A stretch of 64,000 nucleotides of DNA from an uncultured virus (IMG/VR IMGVR_UViG_3300023174_000139) (Duplodnaviria > Heunggongvirae > Uroviricota > Caudoviricetes). Below are positions 28,136-37,333 of the stretch, piece by piece. The stretch is taken from the IMG/VR virus record IMGVR_UViG_3300023174_000139; one strand, 5' to 3'. The notes beneath the pieces were generated by a model. It did not search any database and was not told the origin of the DNA. It worked only from the letters and a program-made list of their open reading frames with translations. How positions within the stretch are numbered: position 1 is the first letter of the stretch; every line of letters begins with the position of its first letter. The translations under genes and the position numbers were made by a program.

Positions 28136-29103
28136 AATTATTTTTAGGACCAGTATCAGTAAATACAATAGATGCAACAATTGATTTTTGCATTGAAAAC
28201 AATATTGAACTTGGATTAATTCCATCTAGAAGGCAAATTGACTATGACGGAGGATATGTAGGAGATTTTAATTCTAAAACATTTTCAGAGTATATTAAGT
28301 CTAAAACCAATAAAATAAAAATTTTTAGAGATCACGGAGGAGAAGGACAAGGAAAATCTGATAATGAAGACACTTTTATGTCGTTTCATACTGACGCAAA
28401 ATATTTTGATTTTATTCATTTAGATCCATTTTTAAAATATAAAGATTTAGATAAAGCTGCGATTAAAACAGCAGAATATTTAAAATTTTGCGAATTTGCA
28501 AATGCCAATATTTATTATGAAATTGCTACAGAACAAGCTCTTAGAGAAATTTCACCAGAAGAACTTGATATTTTTGTGGATAAGGTGAAATCTCTTGTTA
28601 CAGAAAATCAATTTAATAAAATCAAATACTTAGTAATTCAATGCGGTACAAAATTAAAAGATGGTAAAAATACAGGTGAATATGATAAAGATAAACTACT
28701 CAAAATGCTTAAAGTAGCAAAAAAATTTAATTTAATATCAAAAGAGCATAATGGAGATTATCAATCAACAGAAATTATAAAAGAAAAATTTAGTCTAGGA
28801 TTAGACTGCATCAATATTGCCCCAGAGTTTGGAATTATAGAATCTTCAGTAATATTAAAATATCTAAATGAAGACGCAACAAATATTTTATTTCAAATGT
28901 GTTTTGATTCTGGTAAATGGAAAAAATGGGTAAGTTCAGATTTTAATCCTAAAGAAAATAAAGAAGATTTAATTAAAATTTGTTGTCATTATATATTTTC
29001 AAACGATTCATTTAAAGAATTTAAGAAAAAATATTTACCACAAGAAATAGACATAGAAATAAAAGAAACTATCAAAAATAGAATAAAAGATATTTTGTTA
29101 TGA
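28132..29103 (+). CDS. GatZ/KbaZ-like TIM-barrel ketose-phosphate epimerase/aldolase
   Basis: SRRQID..GGY, RDHGG, IHLDP, YEIATE, VIQCGT, KEHNGDY, NIAPEFG. Confidence 0.65.
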   Translation: MKLFLGPVSVNTIDATIDFCIENNIELGLIPSRRQIDYDGGYVGDFNSKTFSEYIKSKTNKIKIFRDHGGEGQGKSDNEDTFMSFHTDAKYFDFIHLDPFLKYKDLDKAAIKTAEYLKFCEFANANIYYEIATEQALREISPEELDIFVDKVKSLVTENQFNKIKYLVIQCGTKLKDGKNTGEYDKDKLLKMLKVAKKFNLISKEHNGDYQSTEIIKEKFSLGLDCINIAPEFGIIESSVILKYLNEDATNILFQMCFDSGKWKKWVSSDFNPKENKEDLIKICCHYIFSNDSFKEFKKKYLPQEIDIEIKETIKNRIKDILL

Positions 29104-29852
29104 AGATAGCGCTACTCTTGCACGGTTTAACAAGAAGATACGACGTATCCTTTCCATTCATTAAAGAATATATTATAGATAAATTTAATGCTGATACTTT
29201 TATAAGTTGCTGGGATAATCAAGTAAAAGAAGAAGAGCTAGGTAAAGGAGAAAATTTAAATCTTAAAAAAATGATAAATCTATATAATCCAACAGCTTAT
29301 GATGAAGAAATTTATAATGATGAAATTGAAAAAAAATTTACTAGCGAAAAATATTTAAAAATTTTTAATCAACCTCAAGTTCACTACAAGAATAATTGGG
29401 CGAGATTTTTTGCATTTTATTATAAAGTATGGAAATCAAATGAACTTAAAAGCCAATATGAATTTGAAAAAAAATTTAAATATGATATAGTTATAAAATG
29501 GCGTACAGACATATTTATTAAAGATGTACTAACAGAAGAGTTATTGAATCAAATTAAAAATGACAATAATTCAGTTTATATGCCATTTGGACATTGTGGG
29601 GAAATAAATGATATAGTTTATATTGCTAATTCGAATACAATGGACAAAATTTGTGAATTATATTATAATTTAGAGATTGTGGCAGATAGGGTAGCTCCTG
29701 AACCATCAAACGAGAAACATCTTCAAGTATGGCTTAATATGAATAATATTAATGTAAAATATTTTAATTTTGATTGGCAGTACCTAACTCTTAGACCAGA
29801 ATTTAAAATTAGGACATTAAATGCAAATAATATTTTAAATGTAAATATATGA
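29100..29852 (+). CDS. Putative glycosyltransferase-like protein (paralog of next gene)
   Basis: MKIALLLHG..R, YDIVIKWRTD, IND. Confidence 0.55.
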   Translation: MKIALLLHGLTRRYDVSFPFIKEYIIDKFNADTFISCWDNQVKEEELGKGENLNLKKMINLYNPTAYDEEIYNDEIEKKFTSEKYLKIFNQPQVHYKNNWARFFAFYYKVWKSNELKSQYEFEKKFKYDIVIKWRTDIFIKDVLTEELLNQIKNDNNSVYMPFGHCGEINDIVYIANSNTMDKICELYYNLEIVADRVAPEPSNEKHLQVWLNMNNINVKYFNFDWQYLTLRPEFKIRTLNANNILNVNI

Positions 29853-30571
29853 AATCAGCATTATGCATATCTGGTATGCCCAGAACTTACAAAAAAATTA
29901 AAAATAATTTTTATAACAAATTAATTAAAAATAATAATTTTGATATTTTCATAAGTACATATTTATGGGATCAAGATCAAGATCACATGTGGCCAGACCA
30001 ATCTTCTCCATATGACTTAATAAAAGAATTATCTCCATTAAAATATGAAATAGAAATATTTAATAACGACTATAAGAACAATTTTAAAAATTCAACTTTA
30101 GAAACCAATAAATTTCATATCATAGATAGAGTCATGTCGATGTATTATAAAATACTTAAATGCAATTTACTTAAATCTATAGAAGAGAATCATCAAAATT
30201 TTAAATATGATTTAGTTGTTAGAGCCAGACCAGATATATATTTTCATGAAAATTTTATAATTCCAAAAAGTATTAATGAGAATACAATATACTTTCCTAA
30301 CACGAATCAGAACTTTGGTATATGTGATTTATTTTGGTATTCAAATTCTGAAGTAGCGAATAAAATTAGTAATTTATACACAAACATAAGAAATGTATGG
30401 GAGATATCTCCCATGGGAGTTCATGCAGAAATGTTATTGTCTATGTATGTGCAAATTTTAGGATTAAAAATTGAGTATTTTGATTTTAATTTTGAAACTT
30501 GTAGGTATTCAAACAATGAATACATTCTAGGATGTCATCAAGATAACATACTATCAAAATATGAAAATTGA
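29849..30571 (+). CDS. Putative glycosyltransferase-like protein
   Basis: MKSALCISG.PR, YDLVVRARPD, ICD. Confidence 0.55.
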   Translation: MKSALCISGMPRTYKKIKNNFYNKLIKNNNFDIFISTYLWDQDQDHMWPDQSSPYDLIKELSPLKYEIEIFNNDYKNNFKNSTLETNKFHIIDRVMSMYYKILKCNLLKSIEENHQNFKYDLVVRARPDIYFHENFIIPKSINENTIYFPNTNQNFGICDLFWYSNSEVANKISNLYTNIRNVWEISPMGVHAEMLLSMYVQILGLKIEYFDFNFETCRYSNNEYILGCHQDNILSKYEN

Positions 30572-31400
30572 TCTAAAAGATACATGGATTATTGTGCAAG
30601 GATCATCTTTTTGGGATGAGAAAGATTTTAAAATTGGTGGTATTTCAGACACAGATATTTATAAAATTATTAATCATTACGCGATGTACAATAACGTAAT
30701 ATGGTCAACATGGGAAGACGCACCAAATCATGTAATTGGATATTTAAAACGAAAAAATATATTAACAATTATTAATGAATATCCACAAGAACGAGGCAGA
30801 GGTAATTGTAATTTGCAGAAAATATCTACATTAAACGCAATTGAAGCAATAAAACAATTTAATCCAAAATATGTATTTAAGCTAAGAACAGATTTACTTT
30901 TTCCTAAAATAGAAAATGTTATTGAAAAAATTAAATTAAGATTAGATAATGAAAAAAAACTTTCTGGTTTATGCTGGGACGATTGGAAAGAATCTAAATT
31001 TATACTAGATCAACTTTTATTTGGAGAAATTGAACACGTTGAGGCTTATTGGAATTTACAAAATATTAATGGATTTGTAGAGAGACAAGTTATTTTAGAA
31101 TATTTAAATAAAAGAGGAATTGAATATAATCCAGAAGGATATCATGAAATGGGTGGAGGGCATCATGGATTTGATTTTATTAAAAAATATTTTGATTTTT
31201 TTATGCAAGATTTAATTGATTTAAATATAGACTTGATTTCTTATAAAAAATACCACATGCAACCAAATGGTAAAAATTATACAAAACATTATAGTCATCA
31301 AGAACTACACAAAACAGACGAATATCCTTGGTTTAGAAAAGATTGGTGCCAAGTTTTACAATTTGGAGAAGACCTAGAGAATAGGTGGAAATGGAAATGA
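30561..31400 (+). CDS. WavE-like LPS biosynthesis protein
   Basis: IIVQG, WSTW, NCNLQKISTLNAI, KLRTD. Confidence 0.6.
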   Translation: MKIDLKDTWIIVQGSSFWDEKDFKIGGISDTDIYKIINHYAMYNNVIWSTWEDAPNHVIGYLKRKNILTIINEYPQERGRGNCNLQKISTLNAIEAIKQFNPKYVFKLRTDLLFPKIENVIEKIKLRLDNEKKLSGLCWDDWKESKFILDQLLFGEIEHVEAYWNLQNINGFVERQVILEYLNKRGIEYNPEGYHEMGGGHHGFDFIKKYFDFFMQDLIDLNIDLISYKKYHMQPNGKNYTKHYSHQELHKTDEYPWFRKDWCQVLQFGEDLENRWKWK

Positions 31401-32188
31401 AAATAATTTCTTTTTTAAGGGTATTTAATGATTTTGAATATTTAGATAAAACATTAGAAAGCGTTTTAGATTTTCCTGGAGATCTTTATATTGTCGAGGG
31501 CTCATGGGAATCGGCACAAAAAGCTGGAGCCAGCAAAAGATCAGATGAAAAAACTTATGATATCATTAATAAATATTTAAAATTAGATAAAAAATATAAA
31601 TTAATTCAAGCGAATGGTGACAATGAATTTAGCCATTGTCAAATACCAATGGATATAGCTATTCAAGAAAATGCAGATTGGTTGTTTTTACTTGATGCAG
31701 ACGAAGTCCACCACACCCAAGAAATAGAAGAAACATTGAATTATTTAAAATTTTATAAAGATCATAATTCTATTAAAGAGATTAGATTAAATTCATATAA
31801 TTTTTGTAATTCTTTTAAAAAATATTATGATGGAGAATACTTTAGAGTTTTTAGGCCAAAAGATAATGCAAAATTTATAGAAGCAAATCATTGCGTTTAT
31901 AGTTCAAACTATACTTATGTTACGCTTCCCAGTGAAATTAGATATTATCATTATAATTATGTAAAAAAGAATAACCCACAATCATTTCATTTAAAAATGA
32001 AATTTTATGATAATGAACATCCAGAAAATCAAAGCCTGTATAATCAAGGCTATAAAGAGGAGAATGGTATATATACAATCCCAGTAGAAATGAAAGACTT
32101 TGATCTGCCCCATCCAAAAATAATGGAAAATCATCCATATTTTATAGATAATATTTATCAAGACAAGGATATTAATTTTTTCAAATGA
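31385..32188 (+). CDS. Glycosyltransferase, GT2-like
   Basis: SDEKT, ADWLFLLDADE, HYNY. Confidence 0.75.
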   Translation: MEMEMKIISFLRVFNDFEYLDKTLESVLDFPGDLYIVEGSWESAQKAGASKRSDEKTYDIINKYLKLDKKYKLIQANGDNEFSHCQIPMDIAIQENADWLFLLDADEVHHTQEIEETLNYLKFYKDHNSIKEIRLNSYNFCNSFKKYYDGEYFRVFRPKDNAKFIEANHCVYSSNYTYVTLPSEIRYYHYNYVKKNNPQSFHLKMKFYDNEHPENQSLYNQGYKEENGIYTIPVEMKDFDLPHPKIMENHPYFIDNIYQDKDINFFK

Positions 32189-32961
32189 GTTTAACAATAC
32201 CAGTTTGCACTTGGAAATCTCCAAGTCTTTTAAAAAATTGCTTGACATCATTAAAAAAAGCCAAAACAGTCCCAACAATAATTATAGCAATAATACAAGA
32301 AAGAGACGATGAATCAATAAAAGTTTGTCAAGATCTTGATATAGAATATATCAATATACCTAGAAATCTTGGAGCATTATTAGCGGTAGATTTTATATTG
32401 CCATTTTTAACAACAGATTATATAGCTATTATTAATGATGATATGATATTTCCAGTAGGATGGGATAAGAAACTAATAGAAACAATAGAAAATAATTATC
32501 CATGTAGCGCATCAGCTTTTCTAGTAGAGAGAAGCAACAAAGATCCTCTATATCAAAAGAATGTTATATCTGATGACCTAGGGGAAATAGACCAAAACAC
32601 ATTCGAAATATTTAACAATAAATATCAAAATGGTTTTTATAAAAGGCCATCAACTCTATCTAGACAGCATCCAATAATTTTAAGAACAAAAGATTTTATT
32701 TCCATCAATGGATATACAGATGGATGGGATTTTAATTGGTATCCAGGCCATTGTCTAGATGATTATTTTGCTTTTAGACTACTACAAAATAATAAAAATT
32801 TTAAATTTATTCTAGATGGAGATGTAGCCGTATATCATGGAGTAGCTAGAACAGTTAGCAAACTAGAAAATTTAAATCAATATAATACAGAAGGCTACTT
32901 TAGACATAAAACAAATACGTCTACATTTGAGTTTAGAAAGCAAATTGGGGAATTCGAATAA
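32185..32961 (+). CDS. Glycosyltransferase GT2
   Basis: IPVCTW, DYIAIINDD, DDY, VYHG. Confidence 0.75.
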   Translation: MSLTIPVCTWKSPSLLKNCLTSLKKAKTVPTIIIAIIQERDDESIKVCQDLDIEYINIPRNLGALLAVDFILPFLTTDYIAIINDDMIFPVGWDKKLIETIENNYPCSASAFLVERSNKDPLYQKNVISDDLGEIDQNTFEIFNNKYQNGFYKRPSTLSRQHPIILRTKDFISINGYTDGWDFNWYPGHCLDDYFAFRLLQNNKNFKFILDGDVAVYHGVARTVSKLENLNQYNTEGYFRHKTNTSTFEFRKQIGEFE

Positions 32962-34064
32962 TGAACGTATTAATAGTTGGAAAAAATGGATTCATGGGAT
33001 TTCATTTAGAAACATATTTTAAATATCACTTGAAGTATAATGTTTTAAATTTTAAGAGAGATGATTGGAACCATTTAGAATATTTCATACAAAAAGCAGA
33101 TTTAATAATTTTTAATTCTTGTATAATTCGTGGGGACGATATCCTTCAAAAGAATATTAAAATTATAGATCAATTTGCAAAAAAATTTAAAGAAACTAAA
33201 AAGCCAGTAAATACAATACTTATATCTTCATCACAAAGAGAAGTTGATAATGAATATGGAAAATCTAAAATTTACGCAGAAGAGATCATAGGAAATGCAT
33301 GTAAAGATTTAGGGGCAAATTTTAAAATATTAGTGACTCCAAATATTTTTGGTCCATTTTCTAAACCAAACTACAACTCTGCAGTTAGTACGTTTTGCTT
33401 CAATTTAGTTAATAACTATAAATCAAACGTAAATCAGGCAGAAGTAAAATTAGTTTATGTTGAAGATTTAGTTAAATTTTTATGCAGTCCAGATCTTTTT
33501 GAAATTAAGGACCAATTAATTGATGTATCTAAACATATCGTTACATACAAAAAGAATATTCAAGATATTTATGGTATTTTAATGGAAATAGATTCTGCAT
33601 TTAAAAATAAAAATTTTAATTTAAATAAAGATGATTTATATAACAGGCTATATACGACATATCTTTCTTTTATTAATAAAGATGATTTTGAAATTAAGCA
33701 TGAATTAAAAGAAGATGAAAGAGGATGGTTATTTGAATACAATAATAAGCAAGACTTTTCAGAAAAAGATCATATGTTCGTTTCGGCTACTATGCCACAA
33801 AAAATAAGAGGAAATCATTTTCATTTTCATAAATTTGAAAAGTTTAGTTTTCTACATGGAAAAGCAAAACTTAAATTTTTAAATCTAAAAACGAATGAAA
33901 AATTTGAATTTATAATTGACCAAAGCCCCAAAACATTTATTATTCCACCTTTTTATGTTCATTCCATAGAATCGCTAGAACAAGAGAAAGAATGCATTAT
34001 ATTATTTTATTCTAATGAAAAGTTTGATGGTGGGAATCCAGATACTTACTTTTTAAATATATGA
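32961..34064 (+). CDS. SDR reductase fused to cupin epimerase, FnlB/WbjC/CapF-like
   Basis: GKNGFMG, YGKSK, PNIFGPFSKPNYNSAVSTFC, DERG, RGNHFH..K.E, PDT. Confidence 0.8.
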   Translation: MNVLIVGKNGFMGFHLETYFKYHLKYNVLNFKRDDWNHLEYFIQKADLIIFNSCIIRGDDILQKNIKIIDQFAKKFKETKKPVNTILISSSQREVDNEYGKSKIYAEEIIGNACKDLGANFKILVTPNIFGPFSKPNYNSAVSTFCFNLVNNYKSNVNQAEVKLVYVEDLVKFLCSPDLFEIKDQLIDVSKHIVTYKKNIQDIYGILMEIDSAFKNKNFNLNKDDLYNRLYTTYLSFINKDDFEIKHELKEDERGWLFEYNNKQDFSEKDHMFVSATMPQKIRGNHFHFHKFEKFSFLHGKAKLKFLNLKTNEKFEFIIDQSPKTFIIPPFYVHSIESLEQEKECIILFYSNEKFDGGNPDTYFLNI

Positions 34065-34948
34065 ACATAGCTTTCATTTATTTTTCTTTCAATAGATTGG
34101 ATATATTGAAAGAATCCTTAAGGACTTCTTTAAGTAACACGGATATAAAACCCAATCACATATATATATTTGATGACCATTCTAATGAAGAGTGTCAAGC
34201 TTATTTAAAAAATTTTAAAGAAAAAAATAAAGAACTAAATATAACTTTAAATATAAATCAAGAAAATATAGGATATGCGGCTAATTATAAAAAATGTTTT
34301 GATATTTTAAAAAATGAAAATTTTGATTATATATTTTTTCTTGAAACAGATTATATATGGAGAAAAGGATATCTTGAGGAATGCATAGAATTATTGGAAA
34401 TTGAACAAGATTCAGTTGCGGTATGTGGTTCATCATTTAAAGAATTTTATGAAAAAGAAAAATGTATTACCTGGTTTGGAAACGTTACAAAACAACAATT
34501 CGGTAAAGATGTTTCAAATAGACCAGCATTATATACATCAAAAATATTAAAACTTAAATCTTATAATATAACTATACAATATGGGACTCATTCCTGTGGA
34601 ACATTTTTATTTAATAAAAAAAGATTTTTTAATAATTTAAATGAAGATCAAAGATCTAGATTCTGGGCGATAATGCAAGAAGCTACTAAGGTAATAAATA
34701 ATAAATCAGTAATAAATGACGGAATGATCACTGGAGGAATATCGGTGCTATGGGACGAATACTTAAGTCTTAAATATAAAGGAAATTCTTTTGAAAAATC
34801 TGCATTTATTGACATAATAGATTATGTTATTGGAGTTCACATCGAAGGTGGAGGTATCAATGGATCAGATAATCCAGAAGGATATACTAGATATTTTCCA
34901 GATAAATTCCCTAAGAAATATGATTCTTTCTTAAGAAATGAAAAATAA
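34061..34948 (+). CDS. Glycosyltransferase GT2
   Basis: FNR, IFDDHS, NIGYA, FLETD. Confidence 0.7.
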   Translation: MNIAFIYFSFNRLDILKESLRTSLSNTDIKPNHIYIFDDHSNEECQAYLKNFKEKNKELNITLNINQENIGYAANYKKCFDILKNENFDYIFFLETDYIWRKGYLEECIELLEIEQDSVAVCGSSFKEFYEKEKCITWFGNVTKQQFGKDVSNRPALYTSKILKLKSYNITIQYGTHSCGTFLFNKKRFFNNLNEDQRSRFWAIMQEATKVINNKSVINDGMITGGISVLWDEYLSLKYKGNSFEKSAFIDIIDYVIGVHIEGGGINGSDNPEGYTRYFPDKFPKKYDSFLRNEK

Positions 34949-35870
34949 AAAAATATTTATAACTGGCGGTGCGGGATTTTTAGGCAAGAATTTAATAGAA
35001 CATCTGCATAAAGATAATTATTTAACAATTTACAGCAGAGATGAGGCAAAGCATTATTTCTTGAAAAAGAAATATCCAGAAGTTAATTTTGTGTTAGGAG
35101 ACGTAAGAAATTTAGATTTAATGAATAAATATTCAAAAGATCACCAAATCGGTATTTTTACTGCAAGCCTAAAACAAATAGAAGCCGTGGATCAAAATAT
35201 TGAAGAATCAATTCAAACAATTATACATGGCGCATTAAATAGCAGATTAATATCAGAAAATAATAATTTTGAATCTTCTTGTTTTATTTCTTCAGATAAA
35301 AGTAGAGCTGCAACCACTCTTTATGGATCAATGAAATTCGTAGCAGGAGAAAGTTTTATTACAAACGCAGAGAGAAGCAGCGTTAAGCTTTCTAGCGTTA
35401 TTTATGGAAATGTTACAAATTCTACTGGAAGCTTAATTCCATTAATTTGGGATGCACTCAAAAACAATTACTCGCTTACTTTATATTCAGAAGAAATGAC
35501 TAGATTTAAAATTCATATTAGCCAAGCGATTGAACTTATAGAAAACGCTTTAAATTATACGGGTTTTAATTTAATACCTAAAATAGATAGCTTTTTAATT
35601 AAAGATGTTTTTGAGATCTACAAAGAAGAGTTTGGTTTAAAATATCAAATAGGCAAGCCAAGAATAAGTGAAAAAATTCACGAAATTATGTCTTGCAAAG
35701 AAGAGATGCCAAGAATAAAAGAAGAAAAAGATTTCTTTTTAATGCATTACAAAAATATATATAACGAAGTAAATTTTACAAATGGAGAATATTCATCTAA
35801 AGATTGCGTTCTATCAAAAGAAGATTTATATAAATTTCTAAAGATTAATAATTTTTTTAAAAATGAATAA
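34938..35870 (+). CDS. UDP-GlcNAc 4,6-dehydratase (FnlA/CapE/PseB family)
   Basis: ITGGAGFLG, YSRDEAK, SLKQI, ISSDK, YGSMK, YGNV..STGS, MTRF, EKIHE. Confidence 0.8.
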   Translation: MKNKKIFITGGAGFLGKNLIEHLHKDNYLTIYSRDEAKHYFLKKKYPEVNFVLGDVRNLDLMNKYSKDHQIGIFTASLKQIEAVDQNIEESIQTIIHGALNSRLISENNNFESSCFISSDKSRAATTLYGSMKFVAGESFITNAERSSVKLSSVIYGNVTNSTGSLIPLIWDALKNNYSLTLYSEEMTRFKIHISQAIELIENALNYTGFNLIPKIDSFLIKDVFEIYKEEFGLKYQIGKPRISEKIHEIMSCKEEMPRIKEEKDFFLMHYKNIYNEVNFTNGEYSSKDCVLSKEDLYKFLKINNFFKNE

Positions 35871-37008
35871 GAATTTCATGGAAACATATCATGGTAAAAA
35901 AATAGATACAGCAAATATCTTAAATATTGAAGACGCAAGCAAACTTATAAAGGGAAGAAAAACTGTGGTAATAACAGGAGTAACTGGACAAGATGGAAGT
36001 CATATGGCCGATTTCCTTTTAAAGTATACTGATTTATTAATTTTTGGAGGAGTTAGAAGACTTAGCGTATACAATCATGAAAATATTAGACATATTCAAT
36101 CAGATAGATTTCATTTAATTAATTTTGATTTAACAGATTCACACGCAATCGCTAGAACAGTAGAAAAACTTCAACCAGATTATTTTATTAATTTTGCTGC
36201 CCAAAGTTTTGTAGCTAGTAGTTGGGATTTCGCAAAGCAAACATGGGCGACTAATTCCACTAGCGTTCTAGATATATTAGAAGCAATTAGACTTTATAAA
36301 CCATCTTGCAGATTATATCAAGCTGGATCTAGCGAAGAATTCGGAAACGTAATGTATAGTCCACAAGACGAAAAACATCCATTAAGGCCAAGGAGTCCAT
36401 ACGGAGCTAGCAAAGCTGCCTCTAGACAATTGATCAAAGTATATAGGGATTCTTATAATCTTTATGCAATTCAAGGATGGTTATTTAATCACGAAGGAAT
36501 TAGAAGAGGAGAAGAATTCGTAACTAGAAAAATTACTAAAAATATAGCAAGAATATATAATGCCTTAAAAAGTAATCAAGAATTCAAACCAATGGAACTT
36601 GGCAATATGGAAGCAAAAAGAGATTGGAGCGACGCAGAAGATTTTATTGAAGGTGTTTGGATGATGCTGAATCAAGATAAATATAATTCAAATTATAGTG
36701 GAATACCAGAAGAATATGTATTCTCTTCTAATGAAACTCATACAATTAAAGAGTTTGTAGAGAAAGCTTTTAATGTAGCAGGAATAAATGGCAAATGGAT
36801 TGGTGAAAATGAACATACAATGTATATATCTGATGGTAATAAAATATTACTCCAAGTTAACCCTAAATTTTATAGGCCAGCAGAAGTAGAATTATTATTA
36901 GGAAATTCAAATAAAGCAAGGGAAGAACTTGGATGGAAACCTAAAATTTCATTTGACAATTTAGTGAAAAAGATGGTAGAATGCGATATTGAAAATTTCA
37001 AATCATAA
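35863..37008 (+). CDS. gmd: GDP-mannose 4,6-dehydratase
   Basis: ITGVTGQDGS, AAQSFV, QAGSSEEFG, PRSPYGASK, FNHEG.RRGEEFVTRKI, RDW, RPAEV. Confidence 0.9.
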   Translation: MNKNFMETYHGKKIDTANILNIEDASKLIKGRKTVVITGVTGQDGSHMADFLLKYTDLLIFGGVRRLSVYNHENIRHIQSDRFHLINFDLTDSHAIARTVEKLQPDYFINFAAQSFVASSWDFAKQTWATNSTSVLDILEAIRLYKPSCRLYQAGSSEEFGNVMYSPQDEKHPLRPRSPYGASKAASRQLIKVYRDSYNLYAIQGWLFNHEGIRRGEEFVTRKITKNIARIYNALKSNQEFKPMELGNMEAKRDWSDAEDFIEGVWMMLNQDKYNSNYSGIPEEYVFSSNETHTIKEFVEKAFNVAGINGKWIGENEHTMYISDGNKILLQVNPKFYRPAEVELLLGNSNKAREELGWKPKISFDNLVKKMVECDIENFKS

Positions 37009-37333
37009 ACTTTGTCAATTAATAGTTAAAAAATACGTTAAAGGAAATGTAAATTGGCCAAGAGAAATTAAAATAGCCCAAAGACTTACTAATAAATTTA
37101 AATCTTTCGAGTTTTGGGATAATCTTAAAGAACTAGGAAGTCCTCCGCCATCTTTAGCCTGGTTCTTGAAGTCAGAAGGAAAAGCTTTCTTATTAAAGGA
37201 ATATGAAAGTTTTAATATGAATTTAAATATTCCTAAGATAGAATTAAAACAAAATAAAGTAGCAGAAGATAAAAAAGTTTGCCAAAAACCTAAAACTCTG
37301 TTAGAATTTATAAGATATGGGAAGAAAACCTAA
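36989..37333 (+). CDS. Hypothetical protein (TTG start)
   Basis: 114-aa ORF 6 nt after TTGACA-N18-TAGAAT; heads the recA operon. Confidence 0.55.
   Translation: MKISNHKLCQLIVKKYVKGNVNWPREIKIAQRLTNKFKSFEFWDNLKELGSPPPSLAWFLKSEGKAFLLKEYESFNMNLNIPKIELKQNKVAEDKKVCQKPKTLLEFIRYGKKT

Noticed and set aside
21236..37008. Bacterial chromosomal capsule locus or prophage boundary
   Set aside because: Composition, tight packing and promoter style are continuous with flanking phage genes; no integrase, att site or host housekeeping context seen.
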